NCBI GenBank assembly: GCA_965285935.1
Contig: OZ260667.1
Span: forward strand, 52,762,001-52,826,000
Reading direction: 5' to 3'
DNA: 64,000 nucleotides
Origin: Ophelia neglecta
Taxonomy: Eukaryota
The stretch's first letter is position 1. Each line of letters opens with the position of its first letter. The position numbers and the translations under genes were made by a program. The notes beneath the pieces were generated by a model. It was not told where the DNA came from. It worked only from the letters and a program-made list of their open reading frames with translations, and did not search any database. Shown here piece by piece: positions 40,227-52,300 of this stretch.

Positions 40227-40840
40227 ATATGCCTGTAGTGTGATTGGCAGTAAGTGTTTGCCTGGTTTGGATTGTTTTAGCAGAGAATTAACGATAAAGT
40301 ACACATGTGGTTTCAGTCAGGCTTATGCAATCTTCCGAAATTGTCAGTTTTTGGAGTGTCTGGACCCTCTGACCAGACAGTAGAGCCAACAAGACAGCTA
40401 GCTTCTCTGATAATGTTTTTTTGGGAAATTCCCTCAAGTGGGATAGTCTGTAGGTGTTTTAGAACTAAATTAACATCCCTCATGGCGGGGTTTTTTGGCA
40501 ATGATGGCCTGGTATTACAAATTACTTTCATTAGTTTGGTTACTAGTGGGTGGTTGCCGATGGTGTTAACTCTAGACGTTTGATCTCCAATGTGGAGAGC
40601 AGATAATGCACTTCTAGCAGAGTTGACTGAGCTGTAGGATTTTCCCTCCTCATAGAATCTGGCCAGGAAGTCTAACACATTGTTGATATGTGGAGAAAGG
40701 GGATCCACTTGGTCTGAAGCACAGTACCTTTCCCACTGTCCCATGTATGTGTTGTATTGTTTATAGGTGTTTGGTCTCCAGCCTTGCATGACCAAGTCAG
40801 TAGCCCTTTCAGATATGCTTCGGTCAGTGAGGGCACTCCT
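40227..40840 (-). pseudogene. DIRS tyrosine recombinase, N-terminal half only, with two frameshifts
   Basis: MQGWRPNTYKQY..SYSSVNSARSALS..HPLV. A frameshift in a T7 run (40416-40422) is followed by KLAVLLALLSGQRVQTL (box I Arg). A second shift near 40300 is followed by FIVNSLLKQSKPGKHLLPITLQAY, where it ends. Box II and the catalytic Tyr are absent. Confidence 0.9.
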
Positions 40841-42720
40841 GACACGCAGCAGGCCAGTAGGTGCGGCTTGTGGTGAAGTTGGTGGGGAGCTCCTGAGCCC
40901 CCAGGAAGAAGAAGGAGTTTTCGACTTTTGTTCAAAATAATGGGATGGTCTGTCAGTAGTCGCATGGTAGATGGGAAGTATGGTTGTGTGGTCCACAGGG
41001 GAATGATAAGTACAGCTGAAGCCTTGTCGTTGACAATCTTCTGTAACACTCGTGGGATCAGGCTGAAAGGAGGGAATGCATAAAGTGTTTGGCTTCCCCA
41101 TGCCATGCTAAAGGCATCAATAAATGAAGCACCTGGTTCAGGCCTCCATGACACAAATTGATCAATCTGTTTATTCATTCTTGAGGCAAAGAGGTCAATA
41201 GTGGGCTTGATTTTGATGTTTCTGATAACTGACTCAAAAATGCTAGGATTCAGCATCCACTCAATTTCTATTCTGAAATGTCTACTCTCCCTGTCTGCGA
41301 TGCAGTTAAGAGTACCTTTTAAATGACTAGCACTAAGCCAAATATCTCTTTCTATTGCCCACTGCCATATGTCGTAAGCTAGAGCATTGCACAGTAGAGA
41401 ATGGCTGCCCCCCATTTCCCTAATGTATGCCACTGCGGTTGTGTTATCAAGCATCAGCCTGACATGAGTAGATCTAAGCTCATTACAGAAACATTTAAGA
41501 GCTAGGAAGGCTGCCATTAGTTCTTTCCAGTTTATGTGATTAACTGATTCTGATCTCGTAAAGAGACCGCCTGCAGTCTTTCCAGTACCCACTGCATGAC
41601 AGCCCCACCCAAAGTCACTAGCATCACTTTCAATGGTCAAGGTGGGATTGCCATGTGAAATCATTTTATGGGTGGAAGTGATATTCTGTTCCCACCAATG
41701 ATGGTCTGTTAGTGACTCATTAGACAGTGTCATTTCCGAGTCATACTCATCATCCCTGGTTAATTTGCAGCTGGGAGAAAATCGTTTGATTGCCTTGATC
41801 TTGTCATTTTCTACATTCCTGTAAAACAGTGGGCCATACTCAACTCCTGGGAAACTAGAGACCATTAGGCCCAAAACGATGGCAACTTGTCTGACAGTAG
41901 GAAGCTCACATGCTATTAATGACAAACATGCCTCCTTTATTCTTGCCGCCTTAGTTTCTGTCAGGAAAACAACCATCTTGTCCGAGTTTAGGTAGAAACC
42001 AAGGAACAGGATTTGCTTTGTCGGAAGGAGTATGGACTTTTCTGGGTGTATGACAAATCCCAGCTTTGATACAAGGGCCGCTGTCTCTAGAACATTTTCT
42101 TGACAATCAAGCAGTGTATCCCCTTGCAAATAACTATCATCAATGTAGCCAGCACTCTGATGACCCTTTTGGCGTAAATTGGAGTAAACTGGCTTGAGAC
42201 ATTTTGTAAATTTCAGTGGTGCACAGGACAAACCTTGGGGCATTGCTGTATATTTAAACAATTGGCCCCGCCAAATGAATTTGAAATACTTTTGATGGTC
42301 TTTATGGATTGGGACAGAGTAATAAGCATCTTTGTAGTCTATGGATGCCATGAAACATCCATGCTTCATCATGGAGATTGCGGACAATAGCGACTCCATT
42401 TTAAAATGTTTATATGGGATGAAATTTTGGTTTAATGCTTTCAAGTTAAGGATCATGCGAAAAGTGCCATCTTTCTTCTCCCTCAAGACATTAGATATGA
42501 ACTCCCCAGGCTCAGGGATGGTTTCTTGTATGACACTTTTATGCAAGAGTTTCTCAATGTCTGCATCCATGATAGATGTTTCATAAATAGAAAAATTAAT
42601 TGGCCTAGGCACCTTATGCTGGGTAGGCTTCTTTGTAAAGTTTATCTTAAGTCCTGTAATAGTATTTATAATGTCCCTGTCAGAGGTTATATTTGACCAA
42701 TCATCCACAAAATGTCTCAA
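40672..42720 (-). CDS. DIRS reverse transcriptase / RNase H / DNA adenine methyltransferase-like polyprotein (frame open upstream to ~42885)
   Basis: FKAGRLRHF..W start; RMILNLK.LN, HFKMES, SIDYKDAYY, MPQGLSCAP, YIDD. RNase H DASDFGWG, INWKELMAA, DNTTAVAYI, ADRESR. MT domain IDLFASRMN and YAFPPF. Confidence 0.95.
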   Translation of the reverse strand: MRHFVDDWSNITSDRDIINTITGLKINFTKKPTQHKVPRPINFSIYETSIMDADIEKLLHKSVIQETIPEPGEFISNVLREKKDGTFRMILNLKALNQNFIPYKHFKMESLLSAISMMKHGCFMASIDYKDAYYSVPIHKDHQKYFKFIWRGQLFKYTAMPQGLSCAPLKFTKCLKPVYSNLRQKGHQSAGYIDDSYLQGDTLLDCQENVLETAALVSKLGFVIHPEKSILLPTKQILFLGFYLNSDKMVVFLTETKAARIKEACLSLIACELPTVRQVAIVLGLMVSSFPGVEYGPLFYRNVENDKIKAIKRFSPSCKLTRDDEYDSEMTLSNESLTDHHWWEQNITSTHKMISHGNPTLTIESDASDFGWGCHAVGTGKTAGGLFTRSESVNHINWKELMAAFLALKCFCNELRSTHVRLMLDNTTAVAYIREMGGSHSLLCNALAYDIWQWAIERDIWLSASHLKGTLNCIADRESRHFRIEIEWMLNPSIFESVIRNIKIKPTIDLFASRMNKQIDQFVSWRPEPGASFIDAFSMAWGSQTLYAFPPFSLIPRVLQKIVNDKASAVLIIPLWTTQPYFPSTMRLLTDHPIILNKSRKLLLLPGGSGAPHQLHHKPHLLACCVSGVPSLTEAYLKGLLTWSCKAGDQTPINNTTHTWDSGKGTVLQTKWIPFLHISTMC

Positions 42721-42854
42721 CCTGCCAGCCTTAAAGGTTTTAGCTAGAGACTTAGCATATTCGAGTAAGTCATTAGTTTGGGCAACAAATGACTTTGTAT
42801 ATGGTATGAGACTTACCAGTGTGGGGTCTTGCTGTATGATACTAGTGGCTGGAG

Positions 42855-44159
42855 TTACTGTTGCCGTTTCTCCTGAGGATTTTGGCTATTGAAGCTGGAG
42901 CCCTTGTGGCTGCGCTGGTGGTTTAAAGCTTTTTTCCCCTGGCGATAGTACGGTTTGTGGCCTTCGCTTAGCCAGTTTTTTGAACCCCATTTGGTATACC
43001 GATGGGCAGGTCTACCATTTTCCTGCCTGTATCCCCCGGTGTATCCACCGTAATTACCTATGCTGGTGGCTGCTTTTGTGGCATGGTATGCCTGTTGTGT
43101 CTCTTTCAGCTTTTTTGGCAAGTCATCCCCAAAAAGTAGCAGAGTAGGCCTATTCTTTTTTGAAAATATAGGTTGGGTGTCCTCCTTAAACAGGTGTTTC
43201 ACCCCATCTCTTCTTGTGAAGGAGATCTCCATACTAGCATGAGCCAATAATGAAACCGAGTCGGTTATATTAGCCATGAGGGATCTAATGTTTTCCCTCC
43301 CCAGAGTTCGTTTGTTTGCAGCCGATGTGACCAAGTCATCCGCCATTCTTAATATTGCTGAAGCAGCCGTTATGATGGCATTCTGAGGGTTAGTGTGGCG
43401 AAGATCTTTTTGCCGATGGTTGCGGTCCATCTGTGCCCACAACTCGTCATTCATCCTGGGTACTGCGAGTTGAGGGCAGTTCTCAGGGCGGTGGTATTTT
43501 CCCATGATGGAATCTAACTCACTTTTAGTGAGGGCCTCCTCAAAGGTTTCTTTAACCATAGTCGCCAGCCTTTCCCTTATGGGTGGGCCTACTTCCTCCG
43601 AGTTTTTCCTGGAGGGCAACATCCCTTCTAGGATGTCATCTTCATCCACATTTGCCGAGTCGGCAGCTTTTGACGAGTCGTCAAGGATGTCACTTGGGGG
43701 AAAGAGGGAGGTTAGGCTAGGCCGACGCCTCGTAAGGGTTGGCCCAGGGGAGGACTCTGAGTCAGAGCCTGATTCCCCATATTTCCCCCTTTTTCTTCTT
43801 GGTTTTGACCCCTCTTCCTCCGACCAGTGATCAGAGTCAAAAGACGTATGACCGTAGTCTGGTCGGGTCGGCTGACGCCGTGATTCGGCTTCCGTGAGCC
43901 TGGCTACTGCCTCAGCCATTGAAGCCATGCTGGCTTGCATGACTGACATCATGTCTGTCATGGGCTCACGGGTCTCAGGAGCTGAAAAATTCCCAGATTT
44001 GGGAGAAGGAAAATTCTTCCTTGTAGGGGATGTTGTGACCTCCTCATAATTGGTGACGATCACTTGGCCCTCCATCCTAATACAGCTAAATATAATTCGG
44101 GCAGGTAGAACTTGAGCTAGAGCACACGAGTAGGGGCAGCGGACTAAATATAGACACAC
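42855..44159 (-). CDS. DIRS gag-like ORF1 (434 aa; first ATG near 44075)
   Basis: Long open frame with an acidic/Ser-rich N-terminus, KYHRPENCPQLAVPRMNDELW, the DIRS-typical LLFGDDL and a basic tail. Confidence 0.88.
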   Translation of the reverse strand: MCLYLVRCPYSCALAQVLPARIIFSCIRMEGQVIVTNYEEVTTSPTRKNFPSPKSGNFSAPETREPMTDMMSVMQASMASMAEAVARLTEAESRRQPTRPDYGHTSFDSDHWSEEEGSKPRRKRGKYGESGSDSESSPGPTLTRRRPSLTSLFPPSDILDDSSKAADSANVDEDDILEGMLPSRKNSEEVGPPIRERLATMVKETFEEALTKSELDSIMGKYHRPENCPQLAVPRMNDELWAQMDRNHRQKDLRHTNPQNAIITAASAILRMADDLVTSAANKRTLGRENIRSLMANITDSVSLLAHASMEISFTRRDGVKHLFKEDTQPIFSKKNRPTLLLFGDDLPKKLKETQQAYHATKAATSIGNYGGYTGGYRQENGRPAHRYTKWGSKNWLSEGHKPYYRQGKKALNHQRSHKGSSFNSQNPQEKRQQ

Positions 44160-44254
44160 TGTGACAACTAGATCAGGAGCTCAGTATAGGACGTCCGTCT
44201 GTGATGAGCGCAGAAGACACACTGATGAGTGGTCAGCAAGATGCTTCTCATGTT

Positions 44255-47200
44255 ACACCGAGAGTGACATGATTTATGGGAGGTAGAATGAAATATAAGT
44301 GGTGAATCATTGAAAACAATCACCTGTAATGTAATATTCAGCCACACGACTGGGTTATGGCAGGGTCATTGCTCAACATGCATTTTGGCTTAATGTACTT
44401 CATAATTGTGGAATTGTAGGACAACAGCTTTAATCACTTTAAAACAAACTGTATTTGTAAAAGCAATAATGAACTGTAGTAAAAACAATTAATATGCAGA
44501 TAATTTTCAAATTTTATTTAATTTTATTTAAATTGTTGCGGAACTCGCCCATTTATCACACTGCCTCTCACTTTTTGTAGCGAGCGCGTCCCAGAGCTAT
44601 CTTTATCATATTTGTAGATGAAAAACTGCTTGCAATAAGAAGTGGTCAGCTGTTTTCCATGAGGCATGTCAGGGTGAAATTTTTCATGTGACTATTTTGG
44701 CTTTCACCTGAATTCAAATCTATATTTCTTGACACATGTGGACTTGTGTTATAAAATTTGGCCATTTGTTTGGCACTAGTTGGTAAAACGCTAACACTAG
44801 CCCCATAAAATGATAGCAGGTGCACATTTTATGTTTGCATATGATATTGTATCTAAGAGATATTTTAACCATTAATAAAACAGATATTTACCTTGATAAG
44901 CATAAACCACATCTACAACTCCATTTATTAAAAAGCATACCAAAATTGGTCGATTTCTGGGGATTTTCATTCGCCATACTGACCACGTCAGTCATGAGAA
45001 GCTCCCCCCTCCTCATTGGCACAGATAACCTAATGAGAGTTTTAAAAAAGATAGACGTAAAGAATATCAGTGCAATGCGACATAACATGGCATGAAGTGG
45101 TAAAAGAGGAATTGCCATTTGTATGTAAAATAGAAAGTTCCTTTATAAAATGTCTTTCCTCTTTATCGTTTCATTTTACAATCATGGCACAACGATAATC
45201 AATCTCTTAACAAATAATCATTTGTTTTCAAAAGAACGTTTTGCATTAAGCTTTCTGAGAGAAAACTCATTCCTATATTTTTGTAATTAGAGTTTTATTT
45301 TACCTACACCACAGGCATTAACTTCTCTAACAAGAGTTAACACAAATTATAATAGTAATTAAAATTCTAAATTAAAAGTGTGCTCGCAAGGTTTGCAAGC
45401 ATTTGTAAGCTTAAAATACGGAGGGTTGGTAGAACATTCTATGATATGTTAGGTAATGGCAAATTAACAAGCTATGGAACTTCAACCATTGTTTTAGTAA
45501 AAGTAACATCACATCTAAATGTTAGTGACAACATTGCCATCCAACAGTTCTTGAAGCGAGCGTCGATGATAAATAGGATATAATCATGTCTGCCTCTGCG
45601 TCATCCTCCACTGGCTGGACCAATCGATAGGGAATTCAATGAAATGTTGTATTAGCAGGGTAAGCCAACTTTCCCGTGAGATACGCTTGACAGCCACACC
45701 TGCTCCTTCATTAGCCATATTGTCATGGTAACGATGCATTCAAGTTTTATCTGAATGCACGCACATAAATATCCGGGAGACGACGCAAAACCATTCGTCA
45801 AGAACCTTCCAGCATATCGAAATGAACCTACCGAAAAGGTCTTTCCGAAATCATCGCCAGCAAGCCACACAACCAACAGCCACATGTATTAGAAATGTCA
45901 TGTTGTGTTTACATGTATGCATCGTTTCAAAACTCATCCCTCATTGCTGGTCGAATATTTTGTCAACCCTGATTAATACATCTAGTGCGGTTTGGGAAAG
46001 TCTTAAATTGAAATACAGTGTTTTTTTCTTCGACGTCACAGGAGAGATAGTGAATCTAAACTTGTACACCTTTATTGTTTACATTCAGTTCTTCGGGTTA
46101 GTAATAGTTTCAAACACTATACTTACCCCATAACTGGTACTTATCATTCGTATAAACAGAATAATCACTGATAAAGAGGTTTCTCTCCTAGAATTGATTC
46201 GCTATGACCAGAATCTGAAAGACCCGTGATGTGAATGCATGCGTTACTTGACACGTTCATTATACTTCGCCTTTAATCAGAAATATCATATTGATGCACA
46301 TAGTACCAGGAAGAGATGTTGTGTGTGTTTGTGTGTGTGTGTTGGGGGGGGGGGGGGGCGGTATATCGGGCTCTACAACACCCTAAGCTAACTTGTAGCT
46401 AGTGTTGTACTGGAGTGGTTAACAAATGTTGAATATAACAAACCTGTTATTATAGATACACTTAATTCAACGTTTAATGCTTCGATTAATTGCAAACTTA
46501 TTATGGCGACAATGACCTCTGATTAGTTTCATCCACAAGCATTTCTGAGCTCGTATGTCCTCCCATTCCAAGCACCTCTTTCTCCCCGGCAAATACCACC
46601 GCCCACACACCATTCTGCCTTCTTCCCTAAACCATCACATTGAAACCACCGCACATGCCCCCTCCTTCCCTTTAGCGTTCCATTGCCTCAAAAAAACTTT
46701 TCGGTGTTTTTTTTTTCAAACATCAATTTGTACCAGGCTGACGTATCTTTAGCCCTATCGTACGTTCGGTGTTAGCTTCCTTACTTGGTTCAAAATAACA
46801 ATTTCCCTAAAGGGTTGATACATGTCTAGAATTCACTCGTGGTTTCTAACCGTTTTTACCAATAAGCGGGGTGTCAATTGTAGGCATGTCTGTCTGATAG
46901 ACCCATTAAACCTGCCTCAACATCACATCATGATCTACGAAGAAATGTCACTTTCCTTGTATTAGTTATGCATTGCCATCAGCGATGGTCACATTTTTTT
47001 CCAGTGACGGATCCAATATCATTCCAGATGTCACAGACACTAAAGGGCATACTCAGCTACTACAAAAGGACAAGCCTTGCCATATTGATAGCTCCTAATA
47101 CAATTATAACCAACTTTATAGTGGTAATAATGAGACCGCACAACACACATACACAGTTACTACTTCATTAAAGACTGACAGTTACTTATCGCCGTTTAAT

Positions 47201-48370
47201 CCAAAGATGTGTGCATATTTGTCCCAAGTCATTATCTAGTTTAGTATGAAAACGAGGTTCCGCTAGAAAGTGTTTAAAACAATTGGGAATGCCCATTTCT
47301 AAAACAGTGTAGAAAAACATTAGTAACTCAAAACCGGCGGTTTCGGAACAGAGATATAAAAAGAACCAATCATGAGAATTAATATATTCCTGCTTTGTTA
47401 TAGCTCGATCTGCATATAATACATTAGACGACTACAGAATATGATATGGTCCTATTACTAATTCAAAATGTCTACCCAATAGCTGGGGTTAACTTGATGA
47501 TCAACACTAAAGATAGTTTTCTTGATATATCTTCCTTTTGAATATCCGTTCCTCTATCCTGTGTCTATAATACGACATACAATACCAATTCAACCGGTTT
47601 GAACTTGGCTGAATTGCCTTCTAGCTCTTTCGTTCAGTATTATCTAATTCAATTGAAGCAGGCAAATTTCAATATAATCGCACAACCGTGGTGATTGTAA
47701 GTTGGTATTCCTACCATTTAAATAACCCCCGATACGAGTCATATCCATCAGGCGGGTAACCCGAATAACAAACCATTGGGTAATCCTAACCAAGCAAAAA
47801 AAAATGTTCACTCTTAACATTACAAAAATATGGAATAAAATTAAGTACAGCACCGGAGCAAGCTAATAAGTATAATACTATCCAAGCAGTCGCACTGTGA
47901 GGTTTCCTAAGATGAGATTACCGCTCAAGGAACACATATTTGTGATTAATATCTATGGTAACTATCTGCTTAGATTGTGTCTCCTGCCTTTTATTTCGAC
48001 GATTGGTGTATGTTCTTACGGCCATTCGCACCAATAATGCATTGACGATGGTCATCGCCTGTAGCAAATGAAGTGTAATGATAAGGTGGATGTGTTTCCT
48101 TGGATGCCTAAATGGATCACTATCTATGGACGAATGACCTAAACGACCTGCCCGCTGGGCTACATTAACAGCAGGGAGGGTATAATATGCCTGTAGAGGG
48201 AATCATGTCATTGCATTGTTGGTTAACTATGTATGGAATTCACATTTAGGTTTGTTTTTTTGGTTTAAATCGATAAAACAGTTTGGCTTCTTTGGCTATA
48301 GTTTGCAGGAAAAATCAATAAACCCATTTTATTAACATTGAATGAAATTTTGAGGTCTTGCTTTAATCTG
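44255..48370. repeat. ~4.1-kb direct repeat, copy 2 (right of the DIRS element)
   Basis: Paired ORFs 36860/44820, 37656/45652 and 38599/46555 have similar translations; the DNA is colinear. Confidence 0.92.
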
Positions 48371-49004
48371 GTTTATTGTGTCACTGTAGTCTGTAACAGT
48401 TGACAATGAGACTTCAATCTAACGCAAGGATCCCGTTCAGGTTTTCACTGGCTTTTACTTTTGGAATGCGAAGGTTATGAGTCTCGCCAGGATTTTAAAT
48501 GAAGCAAGGTGAGGCTTGATAGCCCCAAGGCCAAGCAATTAGTTGCTTGCTTCAAAGTCACATCACGCCTGTCGAGTTTTACGCTGAAAACGATCGGCGA
48601 GAATGTTCAAACACATGAATACGTGATCCATAGCAGGTTAACGTCTTTGGCAAGTGATATAATCAATGTATTGGAACGATAAAGACATTTCTAGTTTTGT
48701 GGACGAGTGAAATTATGACATTTATGTATAGATGCTCACCCTGGTGTGTACAACCTATTTATCAGGGAATACTCAGATTTATGTATGTATTATATATTAT
48801 TGTTAGTATTAATCTATTGATCTAGGCAGTAGCTTGTCAGAAAAAGGGAAGGCTTTATGGGTGCATGGTATGTCACATGGTTAAACTCGGTCAGCTGTGT
48901 CCGAAAGCCTTGGTATTGCTTTCTTTCCAGGCTACACTCCATGATAACCTGGTGAAAATTTCTGATCCCACATTCGAAAGTTTCTTGTAAGACCGGTCAT
49001 TAAT

Positions 49005-49373
49005 TACCCTTCGCACAGAGGCCAATGCTTATCGCATAGCTTCTCCGCATCACCCTCTGCCGAAAACCGAGGGAAATTTCCGAGAATCCGGAATTCGAAA
49101 ACGAGGCCGTTTGACGTAATACATGGGGAAAGCCCTTTTCTATTACATAAAATGACTCGCTGTGACATAATTGTGCGGAAGGCTACATCTGATTCGTCGA
49201 TACGAAGGTCAGCGCGCTTGCGAAACATCGGCAGAAATATATAGGCCGTGTCAGTTCGAAGTCACTTAAGGTCGCCTCGTATGCAAATTAGATAAGGGAA
49301 TTCCCCATTGACGGATTTCGGCTCAGTGCCACAGGCGAAGAGAACGGAGCTGTGTACTCTGCTGCGAAGGGAA
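49005..49373. mobile_element. 369-bp non-autonomous DNA transposon with 9-bp TSD (Mutator-like MITE)
   Basis: GTCATTAAT is duplicated at 48996-49004 and 49374-49382. TIRs: TACCCTTCGCA-CAGAG vs reverse-complemented end TTCCCTTCGCAGCAGAG. Confidence 0.8.
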
Positions 49374-52300
49374 GTCATTAATATGTGGCTACCCTTTTTA
49401 GATTGATAAAACAATGTACACATTTTATCAGTTTATCAGGAGATTGCTCAAGTATATTTACTGTCTTACTATCAAGTTAGGAAATATTGAACACAAGATA
49501 TTTTTTTCTGACCTTTGCCCTCATAATCGATCAACATCTACTTTCAGATTAACGTGAACATGCATCGCCTATTCAAACCGCATTATTGTGAAACTAACAT
49601 TGATAGTTGAATTCTACATGGATCGTCCATTGCGGTTAACGGAAAGTATCTGTCTGAGTAGCTCCATTGTTCAGATGATATAACATATTGTTGCACTTTC
49701 ATCCAATGTAATTGCATTTAGAAATATCATTATATCAGTAGGCGGCATTGTGATCTCTTTAGAAAAAAAATAGTGGCGCTCAGTTTGGTTAATTTGTAGT
49801 GTTGCTAACACAGAAACACTTGTAGCAGATCATTGAATACAGTTCAAGATTTTATATCATGATCAGCGACGTATAGCAATCGACAGTATATGTCCGAATG
49901 GAATCACTGCGGTCAATGACATAAATGTTTATTAATCAAGGCAATGTGTAACACTGTGACACATGAATGAGTGTTTGAAAGTTTCTGGTTCTGGTTCCAC
50001 TACGAAGGCTGGGAATATAATCACACAATTTAAACTGCACTATTAAATGTCGTACACATAAGACATTGACGCTGACAGTCGTTGAAATATTAATCATGAC
50101 TTCGCTCTAGCGACAGAGAGATAATTGTTAAACAATCAATAAGAGTTAACTGAGGATTCGCCTCTCAGGAATTTATGTCATCACTCAGCGTGTAGTGTCC
50201 GTGTCGAGAATAACTATTAGGGACACTTTGCGGCACGGTAGGCGAGAAATTAATGTGTGCTAACTGTTACTAGTAATTATTAACTTGTAGTTTATTTTGT
50301 CTAAAAAGGCCCAAACTACCCTCAGTCGATGTTAGTCGATTGACTTATGTTTGATAAGTTCCTTTGTTGAATGACATATGACTTAACATAAGGCTATACA
50401 ATGACGCTGAAATGACACATAAGCGATTATGCAATACGTCACCTTCCTTTCTGAATGACATTGCTTCTCCTAGCTGTATAAAACTATTTGTCTAGGGAAG
50501 CTACATACAAGTATTCATATCTGGATGGCGTAATTGTTACGACAAATGTTCGGCCGAATGAGATCCTTCATTAAAGATAATTTTTATTTAAATTCATTAC
50601 CAGTTCGTCCACGGGTCGGAGAAAGCTAGCAGTGAATTGATTGAGAATCAAGTGAATAAAGTTAGCGTTATTCCAGTCCGGCAATAATGAATGCAGCTAT
50701 TGCAAGTTACCCGAAGACAGCGTGTCTGAATTTCAAACGGCAGACAATTGTTGCGGTGATACCTAGGCAGATAACTGTATAAATGCCTAACTCACACAGT
50801 GTGACAGACGTGAATATGGAGCTGTTTCAGGTATTCATAATGGGGCGTGCATACTTTCGATGGCAATGTTACTACTGAAATGGCTCGAAAGTGATATAGT
50901 ATTAAGCGTTCATTGTCTAATAGAACGGAACAAACGTATGAAGTAATACTCGAGATTGGCGTGGCAGTAGTTTTTCTATAGCGTGTGATTGAGACAAATG
51001 GTAAAATTGGGAATGGTTATCTAGAATAATGAAGACTAGTTTTAGTTTAACATTGAATTGTGAATGCAGAAATTGAAGGGGAATATCCCTCCACCCCCAT
51101 CCAATCCCACCCCCCACCAACCCCGCCCCCTCCCCAACACTTCCTTTGCAATCTTCCCGCTTAAGCACTCGCCTGTGTTGGGAGGAAACAGCACTACACG
51201 TTTTTTTTACTACATTTACCTGCTAGCCTAATTTCCAAACGTATGTGATTATGCAAATCATGCCACTTCTGTATCTATAAGTGTGTCATTGTCTATACTT
51301 GCAATTAATTACTGACTGCGTGAGGGACCCTGCCTCAAAATGGTTAAGGGATTTTAAGTTGTTTACATTTACCTATATTATTCGCCATAATGAGATGTAT
51401 GCCAAACTTAAAATGTCCTCATATTCGCCGTTTTCCCGGCATACGCTGACATGATAAGCGCGGGAGTAATTATAGCTCCCACTCTGGCTATCATTCTCCG
51501 TTAGCAGCGTATAATATGGCTTTCATTATACCATATCCACGACGTTTTTATTCTGCCTGTTCATCGTAACCAGTTGCTTAATGTCAATCGCGGTAACCTA
51601 AAGTCAATTACGGTAATACTGAAAAAAAATTCTCCTGAATCCATATAAAATAGGAAGAACTGGCAACGGTTGTTAGGCCGATAAGTTGCTATATTCGTTT
51701 TCCAGACATATTAAGAGTAGTATAAGGTTTTTTTACTAATCTTTATCCGCCCTGATATCTGCGCACTAGCTTCTGTTTCTGCACTGCTACAAAATAACCC
51801 CCCCCCCCCCTTCGCTTATCAAAACGATGACATTATTTAGATGGGGTATTAATAATTTAGTATTATCAATTATCTTATAACGCAGCTGGTAAACAAAAAC
51901 ACTACACTGATCTTGTTTTATTTCCTTGTCGTTTTTTTTTGTCACAGTGACTAGTTCTTGATTGCCTTTGCACAACTGGCAAGCTGATAGTTACAATCAG
52001 TGGTGACCAAATACACATTTTTAGGCTTCGGAACAATTCGCGTAGTTTTCCTGTGCATTACTGATATGGCTACCAGGCGGTTATGGATCAGATGTACACA
52101 GAAAAACCGTTATTGAGGTTACTCGGGTGCATTTATGTGCTAAGTCTAGCTGTCCCACAGGGTTTATCTTCTTACCAACATTTAGTAACTTTTCTTTTAC
52201 CGGACCAAATATATTCAAAACGTAATAGTAAATTGAAAGGGGTGGAATGCAGGGAAGGAGAGTCGTGTTCGATTACGAAGATAAGCATGTTTTTACTTGT

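Larger units (their letters stand above)
40227..44250 (-). mobile_element. DIRS1-like tyrosine-recombinase retrotransposon, 3'-truncated
   Basis: gag, RT/RNaseH/methyltransferase-like and YR ORFs occur in DIRS order, with the YR frame overlapping the RT end. No ITR or ICR is recognisable. Confidence 0.95.

Noticed and set aside
44200-44300. CTGATGAG resembling a hammerhead ribozyme core at the DIRS 5' end
   Set aside because: No correctly placed stem II plus GAAA, and no stems I/III could be built.
51086-51136. C-rich tract with G-quadruplex potential on -
   Set aside because: Low-complexity tract similar to other poly-C/G runs in the window; no functional context.
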